Shown: positions 18,010 through 29,000 of the stretch, one piece after another
Layout: every line of letters starts with the position of its first letter
Position numbering within the stretch: the stretch's first letter is position 1
From: an uncultured Ruminiclostridium sp.
GTDB taxonomy: Bacteria > Bacillota > Clostridia > Oscillospirales > Oscillospiraceae
Assembly (NCBI GenBank): GCA_964453275.1
Contig: CAYVNT010000002.1
Span: 206,417 to 270,416 of the forward strand
Length of the DNA: 64,000 nucleotides
Direction: 5' to 3'
Made by a program: the position numbers and the translations under genes
Notes under the pieces: model-generated
What the model was told of the DNA's origin: nothing
The model's input: the letters and a program-made list of their open reading frames with translations, nothing else
Database searches by the model: none

Positions 18010-19668
18010 TTATTGTTCTTTTAACTTAAATCTGCCAACCATCTCGCGCAATACCCTGGCCTGTCCATTGAGTTCTTCACTGGTGGCTGCGCTCTCTTGT
18101 GCGGTTGCGGAATTGCTCTGCACGATGGCGGAAATTTGATTGATGCCATCAAGCACCACCGTCGCAGCCTCGGATTGACGGTTGGACTCGGAAGAAATTT
18201 CTTCAATGGTAGCCGAGACATTTCTCGCGCCTGCCACACTGACCGTCAAAAGCTGCGCGGTCTCTTTGGCAATGCGCACACCGTTTTCAACAGACTGAAT
18301 GGAATCCCCGATCAGCTTGGTTGTGGTACGGGCCGCCTGAGAAGATTTCGCAGCCAAATTGCTCACCTCATCGGCCACAACGGCAAAGCCCTTGCCGGCC
18401 GATCCGGCGCGTGCGGCTTCCACCGCCGCATTCAGCGCCAGGATATTGGTCTGGAACGCAATATCTTCAATCGTTTTGATGATCTTACTGATCTGCTGTG
18501 AGTGTTCGCCGATTTCATCCATGGCCTCGGTCATTTCGTTCATCTTTTGGTTGCTGGCCAGCATGCTGTCGCCCACCTCTTGGGCCATCACGCGGGCATT
18601 ATCGGCATGTTCTGTATTCTTTTTGATTTGACCGGTGATATCCTGCACGGTATCCGCCAACTCTTGAACGGAAGCGGCTTGTGTCAGCGAACCGTTTGCC
18701 AAAGACTGCGCGCCTTCAGAGACCTGTTCAGAAGCTTCCGCCACCTGCTCGGAGGCTTTTTTGATTTGTATAAACGCATCGTTGATGGCTTCCTCAAAGT
18801 CAAAGATCGCCACTTGGATGGCGCGGAACTCACCCTTAAACGCCGCAGAGCTTTGTACGGTCAAATCCCCGCTGGCCATCTTAGACATGGCAACGCGGAT
18901 GGCCGTCACATAAGTGCGCAGCTGCGCGACGGATTCGTTCAAAGACCCGGCCAAGACGCCCACTTCGTTATGGTTTGTGCCGATATCAATTTCAAAGTCC
19001 AGTTCGCCCTCGGCCAGTTTTCTGCTGGACTTGGTGATCTCCACCAGAGGATCTACAACCTTCGGCATAATATAACGCACCATCAGGAAGCAGGCAAAGA
19101 GTGTGATCAAAATACCAAGCCCTGTGGAGAGCAGTGTCATTTGAATGCTTGAGGCCAGCTTTTCAGCGGACATGTTGGAGATATCCTTACTTTTGGCGAT
19201 GATGTCATCCAGCTTAGCCACCAGGTTTGTCACATCAGGCTTGACCTGCTTACCATACAGATCCAAGTCTCTTTTGGAATCCGCTTCTTGACTGCGCAGA
19301 ATTTGATCGGCTGTTTCATGAATTCTCTGGTGCATGGGTTTGATTTCTTCCACCAGCGTAGCCAACTCAGGATAAATGGTATCATATGTGCTTAAATCGG
19401 AATACAGAAAATGACCAAGCACGCAGTTTTTATAGTCCTTGGGCTTAAACTCGGAACCCAAGCTGATGTAAGACTGCAAGCCCTCCAAGAACAGGTAGTG
19501 CGCCTTTTCACTGTCCAGGGCAGTGGAGTGGAGCGTTTTGGCCAATTCTGTGGACTGATCCGCGTTTTTAATATTGAACAGTCCAAAAACCGTCAGCCCG
19601 CCACTGAGCAGGATCGCAAATAGAATCACACCGATACGAATCCAAACCGATTTTCTAATTGATGCCAT
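18010..19668 (-). CDS. Methyl-accepting chemotaxis protein with a CZB (zinc-binding) sensor between two TM helices
   Basis: [33 protein letters not shown] hairpin tip; HAMP; [20 protein letters not shown] zinc ligands. Confidence 0.92.
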   Translation of the reverse strand: MASIRKSVWIRIGVILFAILLSGGLTVFGLFNIKNADQSTELAKTLHSTALDSEKAHYLFLEGLQSYISLGSEFKPKDYKNCVLGHFLYSDLSTYDTIYPELATLVEEIKPMHQRIHETADQILRSQEADSKRDLDLYGKQVKPDVTNLVAKLDDIIAKSKDISNMSAEKLASSIQMTLLSTGLGILITLFACFLMVRYIMPKVVDPLVEITKSSRKLAEGELDFEIDIGTNHNEVGVLAGSLNESVAQLRTYVTAIRVAMSKMASGDLTVQSSAAFKGEFRAIQVAIFDFEEAINDAFIQIKKASEQVAEASEQVSEGAQSLANGSLTQAASVQELADTVQDITGQIKKNTEHADNARVMAQEVGDSMLASNQKMNEMTEAMDEIGEHSQQISKIIKTIEDIAFQTNILALNAAVEAARAGSAGKGFAVVADEVSNLAAKSSQAARTTTKLIGDSIQSVENGVRIAKETAQLLTVSVAGARNVSATIEEISSESNRQSEAATVVLDGINQISAIVQSNSATAQESAATSEELNGQARVLREMVGRFKLKEQ

Positions 19669-19875
19669 AACGACGCCCCCAAAAAAGTTTTGTGTCCGAC
19701 CAGCATTTTCCTGATCCAACACCTATTAAATGATAAGTAGCAAAAGTATATCAAATTATGTCGAAAAAAACAACTGTTAGAATAAATTTCTTATCACTTT
19801 CCCTTTTTTCGCTTTAATTGAACGTGTAAACCATCTCTGATTCGTCAAAACAGCACACGAATCTGTCGGATTTTG

Positions 19876-19928
19876 TTGACAGAAAAGTATTTTCGTGATA
19901 TATTGAACATAATTAGGAATCATTCTCG
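19876..19928 (+). promoter_or_regulatory. katA sigma-A promoter followed by a Fur/PerR-like box
   Basis: TTGACA(19876)-17-TATATT with TG; TAGGAATCATTCTCG at 19914-19928 resembles the 7-1-7 TGATAATNATTATCA box. Confidence 0.6.
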
Positions 19929-19951
19929 ATAATAAAACAGGAGGTACTATT

Positions 19952-21457
19952 ATGAGCGATCTAAAAAAGCTGACCAACGAAGTGGGCGCACCCGTTGCCG
20001 ACAACGAACACGCCATCACTGCCGGTCCGAGAGGCCCGGTTGTCATGCAAGATGTCTGGATGATGGAAAAAATGGCCCATTTCAACCGTGAAGTCATCCC
20101 CGAACGCCGCATGCATGCCAAGGGCTGGGGCGCCTACGGCACCTTTACCGTCACCCACGACATCTCTCGTTACACCAAAGCAAAGGTTTTGCAACCGGGT
20201 AAAAAAACAGATCTTTTCGTCCGTTTTTCTACCGTGGCAGGTGAACGCGGCGCCGCCGACTGTGAACGCGATATCAGAGGCGTTGCTGTGAAATTCTACA
20301 CCGAGGAGGGCAACTGGGATCTGGTCGGCAACAATACCCCTACCTTCTTCATTCGCGATGTCCATAATTTCGCGGACCTGAACCGTGCGGTCAAGCGCGA
20401 TCCGCGGACCGGTCGCCGCTCCGCACAAAATAACTGGGATTTTTGGACCTTGCTGCCGGAATGCTTCCATCAAATCACCATCGTTATGAGTGATCGCGGC
20501 ATCCCTGCCTCCTTCCGTCAGATGCACTTCTTTGGCGAACATACCTTCTCTTTCTACAATGAAAAAAATGAGCGTGTCTGGTGTAAGTTCCACTTTAAAA
20601 CCCAGCAGGGCATTCAGAACCTGTCCAATGAAGAAGCGGCAAACATCAACGGTATGGACAGAGAACATCATGGCAAGGATTTATATGAGGCCATTGAAGC
20701 CAAAAACTTCCCCAAGTGGACCATGTATGTGCAGATCATGACCGAAGCGCAAGCCAAGCAGCATCATGAAAACCCCTTTGATATCACCAAGATTTGGCGT
20801 CACGCAGACTATCCCCTGATTGAAGTTGGTGTGTTGGAGTTAAATCGCAATCCCGACAACTACTTTGCCGAAGTGGAACAGGCTGCTTTTACCCCTGCTC
20901 ACGTGGTGCCCGGCATCGGTTTCTCGCCGGATCGCTTTTTGCAAGGCAGACTCTTTGCCTACGGCGATGCACAACGCTACCGTCTTGGCGTCAACCACAA
21001 TCAAATCCCCGTGAACCAAGCAAAATGCGCAGTCAGCGACTATCACCGTGATGGCGCCATGCGTGTGGACGGCAACTACGGCGGCGCACCTGCGTATACC
21101 CCAAACAGCTACGGCGCATGGACCGCCCAGCCCGAGGTGATGGAACCCCCGCTGGATTTGGACGGGGCCATGTATCGCTATGATCCAAAGGACGATCCGA
21201 GCGATGACTGTTTCCGCGCCGGCGGAGATCTGTGGCGTATTCTCACCGAGGATAAAAAACAGATTCTCATTGACAATACTGCCGGCGACATTGCCCCATG
21301 CACAGAGAATATCAAATATCGTCACGCCGTACACTGCTACTTGGCGGATGAAGAATACGGCAAACGCTTTACCGCGGCAGCAGGTTTGGACATGGACAAA
21401 GTGGTGACCTTATCCAAGTTGGATCACAACGGTCTCATCGCCGCCACCATGCCCTGA
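19952..21457 (+). CDS. katA: Monofunctional heme catalase
   Basis: [45 protein letters not shown]. Confidence 0.97.
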   Translation: MSDLKKLTNEVGAPVADNEHAITAGPRGPVVMQDVWMMEKMAHFNREVIPERRMHAKGWGAYGTFTVTHDISRYTKAKVLQPGKKTDLFVRFSTVAGERGAADCERDIRGVAVKFYTEEGNWDLVGNNTPTFFIRDVHNFADLNRAVKRDPRTGRRSAQNNWDFWTLLPECFHQITIVMSDRGIPASFRQMHFFGEHTFSFYNEKNERVWCKFHFKTQQGIQNLSNEEAANINGMDREHHGKDLYEAIEAKNFPKWTMYVQIMTEAQAKQHHENPFDITKIWRHADYPLIEVGVLELNRNPDNYFAEVEQAAFTPAHVVPGIGFSPDRFLQGRLFAYGDAQRYRLGVNHNQIPVNQAKCAVSDYHRDGAMRVDGNYGGAPAYTPNSYGAWTAQPEVMEPPLDLDGAMYRYDPKDDPSDDCFRAGGDLWRILTEDKKQILIDNTAGDIAPCTENIKYRHAVHCYLADEEYGKRFTAAAGLDMDKVVTLSKLDHNGLIAATMP

Positions 21458-21481
21458 CGCTCAAAAAAGAGGAAACAACCT

Positions 21482-21877
21482 ATGCGACTGTTGCTGCTCG
21501 TCAAAGTGGCGCTTGGCTTTTTGTTTCTTGCTTTGGCGGCCATTGGCTTACTACTCCCGATCTGGCCCACTACGCCCTTTGTACTGCTCTCCGTTGGCTG
21601 TTTTTCCAGCACGCCAAAACTAAAAAAACAACTCATGCGTATCCCCTTTTTTCGTGAATATTACGAGAGCTATACAGCCGGACATGGTTTGCGCCGTAAA
21701 ACTGTGTTGTGCTCGCTTATCTTTCTCTGGGGTATGCTGCTTGTTTCAAGCCTTGTGATGTGGAAACTTTGGGTCATGCTTTTGATGATACCGATTGGGC
21801 TTGTCGTCACCGTACATATACTGTGGATCGCCAAGGGACGAGTGAAGTTGGATAAAGGCGAAGAAACCCAGGTGTAG
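21482..21877 (+). CDS. YbaN/DUF454 family membrane protein
   Basis: LLPIWPTTPFVLLSVGCF motif. Confidence 0.85.
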   Translation: MRLLLLVKVALGFLFLALAAIGLLLPIWPTTPFVLLSVGCFSSTPKLKKQLMRIPFFREYYESYTAGHGLRRKTVLCSLIFLWGMLLVSSLVMWKLWVMLLMIPIGLVVTVHILWIAKGRVKLDKGEETQV

Positions 21878-21962
21878 GTCATGTCGCCAAAAAGTATTGC
21901 AAGATACGCGCACATGCCGTAAAATGTTTCGTATATTCCTATGGCTCGGGGGGTGATTCACG

Positions 21963-22766
21963 ATGAGGTTGATGGTTGTCGATACGGCACAGCAAGAGGT
22001 CGACTCCCTCATGCGTTTGCTATCCGATCTCGATCCCGGTGGTCAGCACACAGCGTTTCTCCATGCGCAGGAGGCCCTGGATTACGCCTTATCAGCCAGA
22101 CCGGACGCTGTTTTTCTGGAAATTGACCTTCCGGATGTGAGCGGCCTGACGCTTGCCAAAAACCTGCAAGAAGGCATACCGTCCATCAATCTTATTTTCA
22201 CGACAGCGGAAACCAAGTACGCCTTTGAAGCCTGGCAGCTCTACGCTTCCGCTTTTCTGCAAAAGCCCCTGCAAGCCGAACGCGTCGCGTTTGCTTTGCA
22301 TCATCTGCGCCATCCCGTTCCCTTTCGTGCACACCGCATGCGGGTACAAGCATTTGGTAACTTTGAAGTGTTTGTGGATGATAAACCACTCAATTTTTCA
22401 CGGCGTAAAACAAAAGAGCTGTTCGCCTATTTGGTGGATCGCAACGGCGCGTCGGTGACCTCTCCGGAAATCGCCGCCATACTGTTTGAAGATAAGGCTT
22501 ATACGCGATCCCTGCGCAGCCAAGTGCAGACTTTGACCTCCGACATGATGCGCACATTGCGCGCCTTAGACTTGGCGCATGTCGTGCGAAAAAGCTACAA
22601 CAGCCTGGCCGTGGACACCAGCTCTTTTGCGTGCGATTACTACGACTTTCTGCAAGGTGATGCCAAAGCAATCCACGCGTTCACTGGAGAGTATATGTCA
22701 AATTACAGCTGGACAGAGTACATGGCTGGCGCACTCAACAAACGAACGGAAACACAACAAACTTAA
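21963..22766 (+). CDS. Atypical response regulator: receiver-like domain plus SARP-type winged helix/BTAD-like domain
   Basis: PDAVFLEIDLPDVSG (Glu at the phospho-Asp position), IFTT, FLQKP; VQAFGNFEVF, KTKELFAYLVD, CDYYDF, FTGEYM. Confidence 0.8.
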   Translation: MRLMVVDTAQQEVDSLMRLLSDLDPGGQHTAFLHAQEALDYALSARPDAVFLEIDLPDVSGLTLAKNLQEGIPSINLIFTTAETKYAFEAWQLYASAFLQKPLQAERVAFALHHLRHPVPFRAHRMRVQAFGNFEVFVDDKPLNFSRRKTKELFAYLVDRNGASVTSPEIAAILFEDKAYTRSLRSQVQTLTSDMMRTLRALDLAHVVRKSYNSLAVDTSSFACDYYDFLQGDAKAIHAFTGEYMSNYSWTEYMAGALNKRTETQQT

Positions 22767-22776
22767 AATAACATGA

Positions 22777-22811
22777 AAAACTTTGGATGTAACTCATCCA
22801 GAGTTTTTTTT
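22777..22811 (+). terminator. Intrinsic terminator after the regulator
   Basis: AAAACTTTGGATG-N6-CATCCAGAGTTTTTTTT. Confidence 0.75.
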
Positions 22812-22860
22812 GTTGAAAACTAAATATAACCCCTTTATGTTCAATTTTCGGCCCGTTTAG

Positions 22861-22892
22861 ATGCACTTTGGATGCACTATTTGCTGTAAAAT
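22861..22892 (+). promoter_or_regulatory. SARP-type activator-dependent promoter candidate
   Basis: ATGCACT-N4-ATGCACT-N8-TAAAAT. Confidence 0.55.
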
Positions 22893-23016
22893 ATACGGTA
22901 ATGATAGGCAATTACCCAGTTGGGTTCGGCTGCCGATGGTCAAATCTTGGCAATCGCGCAGTCGTTCTATCGCGTACATAACGTCATTTTTTGAAGAGAT
23001 GGAACGGAGGAACTTT

Positions 23017-26000
23017 ATGAACATTTACAAGCACAAAACCGGCTCACGTGCCGTAGCATTTTTGCTATCGGTATTTCTGCTGTGTTCGATGCTGCCGATC
23101 AGCTCCCTGGCAGCCAACACGGAGGACAAAGTTGACCGTTTGATTGCTGCCTTCGACACACTTGACGTGTCCTTTTCGAAGGCTGCCGATGGGGTGTATG
23201 AGCAAACGGTGGCGCTTCGCACGCCGCTGGACAGACTCGGCCTGCCGGATACTTTGACGGTTTGCTTGCTGTCCGAGCAGTTGGACGAAGACAACAAACC
23301 CGAGGCGCCTAAGCCCGAGGATTCCGCACCTGAGGCGCCTAAACCTGAGAATCCCGCACCTGAGGCGCCCAAGCCGGAGAATCCCGCACCTGAGGCGCCC
23401 AAACCGGAAAACCCCGCACCTGAGGCGCCTAAGCCGGAGAACCCCGCACCTGAGACGCCCAAGCCGGAGAACCCCGCACCTGAGACGCCCAAGCCCGAAG
23501 TTACCACGCCCGACGCGCCCAAGGTAGACGGCGCTCCCACCACAGAGGGAGAAAAACTTCCTTCTCCGGAAATCAATGAAGTGCAGAAGATTTCGCTGTT
23601 TGCGCAAGCCGGCAATCTCCTGCAAACTTTCCAGTCGGAAAAAATCTCCGTGCGCTGGGAAGCCACCCCGTCCTATGACGGCGAGGCCGGCACCTACCTG
23701 TTTCAGCCTGTGCTGCCAGCGGGCTATCAAGTTGCCGACAATGTCACGCTGCCGGAAGTGCGGATCATTGTGGAGGATACGCCCTGCACCTGCATCATCA
23801 CTTGCACCTCCAACGACGTTGCCGATTGCGCCCGCTGCGCCAACGACTTTACCAAGTGCAAATCCATCTTCAACCCCTTCGACCTCAACCCTATGACGTT
23901 TTTGACCGGAAAGCCTCTGAGCAAAAAATTTCGCAGCGGCCCGGTCGTAGCCGATAAGGCCGACTTTGATGTCTTTATCTCCGCGGATCCCAATCACGAT
24001 CCGGATGCCGATGTGATGTCCGGAAAAATCCAAGGGTACTTGAATCAACTGATTCAAAATGGCGGAGGCGGCAAAACCAGCCGTTTCCAAACCGAAGCCA
24101 CCAAGGTTGTGATCGATACAACAGACTTGACTAAGTGGTATTTATTTGACCATTATGATAATCAACATTTTACCAGCGACAATGGTACAACATTTGATAA
24201 AGCCGAATGGGAAAAATGGATAAAGACAAGAGAGGATACAAAGGGAACCCTCCCTGCGCATTGGTATCCCTACGGTCTTCAAAATAATGAAGGTCATGAC
24301 GGCAATGCACCTGCAGGTTCAGCTCCAACAAACATAGAGGAACTCTATGGCACACCCGAGAATCCTGGACCTAACTGGGGAAATACTGCTTATTTGCGTG
24401 AACACATTGCAACGGCCATTGAGACAGTGAATGGGGCTAGCCTCCCCGCCATGCAGTTTTATGGCTATTTTGCAGGCTTATTTGCCGATTTCCTCTTTTA
24501 CCCCGCCGATAAGGCCAGCACCAAAAAAGTTACTTTTGACGTAGATGCCAATAATGTTCTGCCTCACTCCCTGCGTTATGCCGGTTTCCTGATCAATACC
24601 AGCATTGAAAACAAGGGAACTTCCGGGGCAACCATCAGCGGTTATGCCCTTGTCCTTGAGTATGGCCCTATCAATCAGGATGCTACAGTAGCTGTCAACT
24701 CAATAACAGGTGGCTATCTTTACCGCTTAGAAAACGTCAATGTTGATGACTTACATGCAAAGGGTATTCACGATGGAAGCGCTTCCGTAGGAACCCTTCT
24801 TTCGGGCGTCTCTGCAGAAAATCCAGAAAGTATATATGATCGACTTCTCCTTGAGCAGTATGGAAACGATTTCTGGAAAAAAAGCCAAATTAATTTGGAA
24901 ATCACGTCAACGCATTTGACGGCCACCATTTCTAAGCTGGACACAGCCGGAAAATTGACCGGAGAATCAACAAAAATTCTGGATAATTATAAACTATCAA
25001 AAGAAATGCCCGGCGGCGGCTTCGGCCCCTATGTGGATTACAGCGTTTCTACTCAACAACACACCTGTAACATCACCTCCGCTTACCGTTTCTCCAACCT
25101 AAAGATGTCCTTTGAAAACACAGGGGCCGGCGGCACAGACTCTGTCTTGAGTGGTCTGGCGCAATCCGACTACTTAAACGACAGCGGAAAGCGCTTCTTC
25201 ATCAATCTGACCGATCCTAATAAGTCAGATTATACCGAAACAGCAAATCAGGTCGACCTGGGTTACCTGAAGAAGATGCAAGACGAAAATATCGTTTTGC
25301 TGACAGATGAAAGCCAGACAGGTGGTAAGGACATCTTCCCGAAAACCCATCTGGGCGAGAACAGCAAGGATGCCAACAACCCATATGATGTCACAGACGC
25401 TAACATTCAGGACATTTACAGCGGTACTGATAAAACAGAAAAGCTGGCGGCCAAGCTCGCCTGGTTGATCTACCATACCAACAAGGGCAACACCGGCGAT
25501 CCCGCTATACCGACCGAGACCGCCGTCCCCACCCTCAAATTGATGGACCAAGCGGACTGGGGTACCCCTGGATCAACCTCCAAGCAGGTCAGCACCGTGC
25601 AGCGGGAAATAATCCCGGGCGCTGCCGGCTCCAAGCAGTTGAAGGTCTTTTTGAACAACGATTATACCGTCAACGGCTTAGCTGAAAGGGCCATGTACAG
25701 CATCAAGCTGCCCGACAACACGATTAAAACAATCGCAGATGGCGGCGATATTGAACTCAAAACCGACACTGACAGCGGCAAGCTCTACTTCTATGTGACA
25801 GACCAGTGGGCCACCGGCGAATACGCGGTTTCTTTGACTTATAACACGAATCCCAATTATGAGCTTGGCGCTGATCCCGACAAGAAAATCATCAAGCAGT
25901 CCCAAACCGCTACGACCAAGTTCACTGTCGCCACTGATACAGTGAAGCCGACCGTTGGCACGCCAACCGTTGGCGCCACGGCAGACAATAAGATCACCGC

Positions 26001-29000
26001 GACCATCCAGGTAACCAATACAGCCAGCACCGGCGCCTATACCTACACCTCGGATCTGGCCAAGTATGCCGTCGTGGTGAATGGCACCGCAACGGCACCC
26101 GATGTTTCCACCGTCACCCCCATCAACATCACGGCTGACGCCCCACTGCCCTCCTCCTATACCAACACAACAGCAAGCGCACCCGGCGACTATTACGTCC
26201 ACGTCTACGTCTGGGACGCCGCCGGTAACTACCATGTGGCCAGCTCTGCGAAATACACCGTGACAACCATAAAAGGCACAGCCACTGCCGTTCTGCATCT
26301 GATGGACAAATCTGGACCGGACAACACAGAGATCACCGAGGTGAAGAAAGAGCTGATCCCCGAAGATGCTTCCAACAAGAAGCAAATGAAAGTCTACTTG
26401 AACGGCGATGGCAGCACAAACGGCCTGGCCGGAAAAGAAGTGTACACCATTAAGTTCCCCGGTGGAACTGATGAAAAAACCATTAAAGTCGGCGGCGATA
26501 TCGAGCTTCAAGAAGACGCTGGCAAGCACTTCTTCTATGTAGAAAACAGCGACGCTTGGCCTGCCGGTGAGTATACGGTTTCTTTGAACTATGATACAAA
26601 CCCACCCTACACGGTAAACGGTTTAGAAATCGACTCATCCACCCCCGACAGCACAACCTTTACCATCCTCGCAGACAAACTTGCGCCGACTGTGACAGCA
26701 CCCACCGGTCTGAACTTGACCGCAGATGGCAATATCACAGCCACGCTCGGAACTGTCACCAACACAGCCGGCAGCGATCCTAAGAGCGACTACGCTTCAG
26801 ATCTGACCAAGTACGCTGTGGTGTTGAGTACGGATCCAACTCCGGCAGCGGCCAACACTATCCCCGATGCTGACAAGACAGACGTCGCCAACCAGACCAC
26901 CAACCCCTGGACCAGTGCCACTTTTACCAGTGATGCGATCACCGCAGCTGGCACTTACTACGTCCATGTCTACGTCTGGGATAAAGCCGGCAATGTAGGC
27001 ACCGCGACCTCGACTCCGTATACTGTGACAGCCGAAACAGCAACAGCCAAACTCTCTCTGGAAAACAAAAGCAACTGGGACTCAACAAGCAATCTCACAG
27101 AGGTGCAGAGAGAACTGGCAAGCAACCCCGTCAAGGTTTTCTTAAACGGCGAGGGCCACACGAACGGCCTGGCCGGAAAAGAAGCGTATACCATTACTGT
27201 CCCCGGCGTTGTTACGCCAAAGACCATCAAGGCAACGGGTGGCGATATTGATCTCAAAACCGAAGGCGGCAAACCCTACTTTGAGGTCAATCCCACTGAT
27301 AAGACCAACTGGCCCAACGGCAGCTACACCGTTACCATGACCTATACCACACCTTATGGCATTGGTGGAGCAAACAGCGGTACGCTCGTAACTTCCTGCA
27401 CTCCCGCAAACGATACTTTCTCCATAAAGACAGACAATGTCGCGCCAACGGCGAATAAACCCACACTCACCTGGTCGCCCGACAGCAGTAGCTTTTCCGT
27501 CGACATCGGCGCGACCAACACACCAAGCACCGACCCCGACACCTATACTTCCCCGCTGGCGAAGTATCTGCTTGTTGTGAATACCGAGGTCAATGCCGTG
27601 GCAGATCCAAGCAGCCTGGTAGACAGTGCAACCACTATCACGAACGACACCTTGCCCTCGCCAGCCACCGTCCCGATCGGTACAGCCGGCACCTATTATG
27701 CGCATCTCTACGTCTGGGACGCAGCAGGTAACGTGGGCAAGGACAGCTCCGCTGGATACACTGTCAACCTCACAAAAAAGCCGCAGACTCTGGCGGATGG
27801 GTGCGGAAACCCCGTTACACCGCATGAACATGTTTTGGAACTGGGTAAAGACACCAGCTGGACACTCCCTGTCAGCAACACAACTGTGTTTGACGATACC
27901 ACAAACGATGTTGCCCCGGATCCAAAGGTAACTTTTGCGCTGGGAGATGCGACCGGCACCCTCACTTTGACAAATGGAACCGTGTCACCAACCAAGCTCG
28001 GCACAACCACGGTCATCGCCACGGCCGCCGCTACCACTACCCATTCGGCAGCCACGCTGACACTCACCATCAAGGTCGTGGATCCCTTGAAGGTCAAGCT
28101 GGAAAACGCCAACACCGGGACGGATCAGTTCACCGTCACGCCGACCAAGGCGGAAGGTAAGTATCCAGCCGATGACGGCAGCAAAAAACTGCAATACCGC
28201 GAAGTCGGCAGCGCTGACTGGACTGATGTACCCGGCTGGAACTGGAACGCTCCCATCGATATCCCCTTCGCCGGACTCAAGCCGAATACGCAGTATGAAG
28301 TTCAGCTCACCGCGCAGGATACCCGTCCGGGCACTCCCACCTCGGCAAGCGACACGACCACTTTCACAACGCCACCGGCGGCCAATCAGGGTAAAATTGA
28401 AGTAGACGTCAACGATGTCCCGAAGGATAAACCCATTTTTGTAACCATTGAACGCGGCGGTACAGTTCTGGATTCCAAGAGCGGCATCGGCCCGGATCCC
28501 TCCGGCAACCTCCACTTCACCTTTGACAATCTGCCCGACGGTATTTATAACATTGTCATAAAGGATGAAAACGGCAACACCCGTATCGAAAAGGTAGAGC
28601 TCAAAAACGGTAACCCCGGCAATGTCAACGTCAGCTATGAAGACCTTGCCAAAAAGGAAACCGAGCTGATCCTTGATCTGGCCGGCACTGCCGCCCCCCC
28701 CAAGCTGGTGGTCGGCGGCCTGAACGAACAGTACGACAATGTCACCAACACCGACGACAAAAAGGGCGTCACCGTGGATGACATGAATATCATTGACCCT
28801 CCCGGCGTACCTCAGAAGGGCTCTGTTAAAATCGAGCTCAAGGTGAAGGGCGTGGCCGAAAGTGACCCGAACCAGTTACACAAACGCGACATTAACCTGA
28901 TCAAGGAAAAGACCCCCGGCCAGAAGTTCGCCTTGATCACAGACCTCACACTCTGGAAAACCATCACCCCGCCTGCATTGCCTTCCAGAGACCCTGTGCA

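Noticed and set aside
19669-19800. Sigma-28 flagellar promoter upstream of the chemoreceptor
   Set aside because: TAAC and CGACATAA elements are present, but the spacing does not fit TAAA-N16-GCCGATAT.
22861-23016. ORF-track N-terminal extension of the giant protein (likewise for dnaX, satP-like, MCP, LysR, XRE and amidohydrolase)
   Set aside because: The extensions lack an RBS and overlap promoters or RNA genes; downstream starts have good RBS sites and family-typical N-termini.
23299-23523. 30-bp periodic repeat as a CRISPR array
   Set aside because: There are no unique spacers, the units are in-frame coding sequence, and there are no cas genes.
23065-24090. 341-aa minus-strand ORF with LRCG repeats
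   Set aside because: It is the antisense shadow of the Pro/Glu repeat in the giant surface gene.
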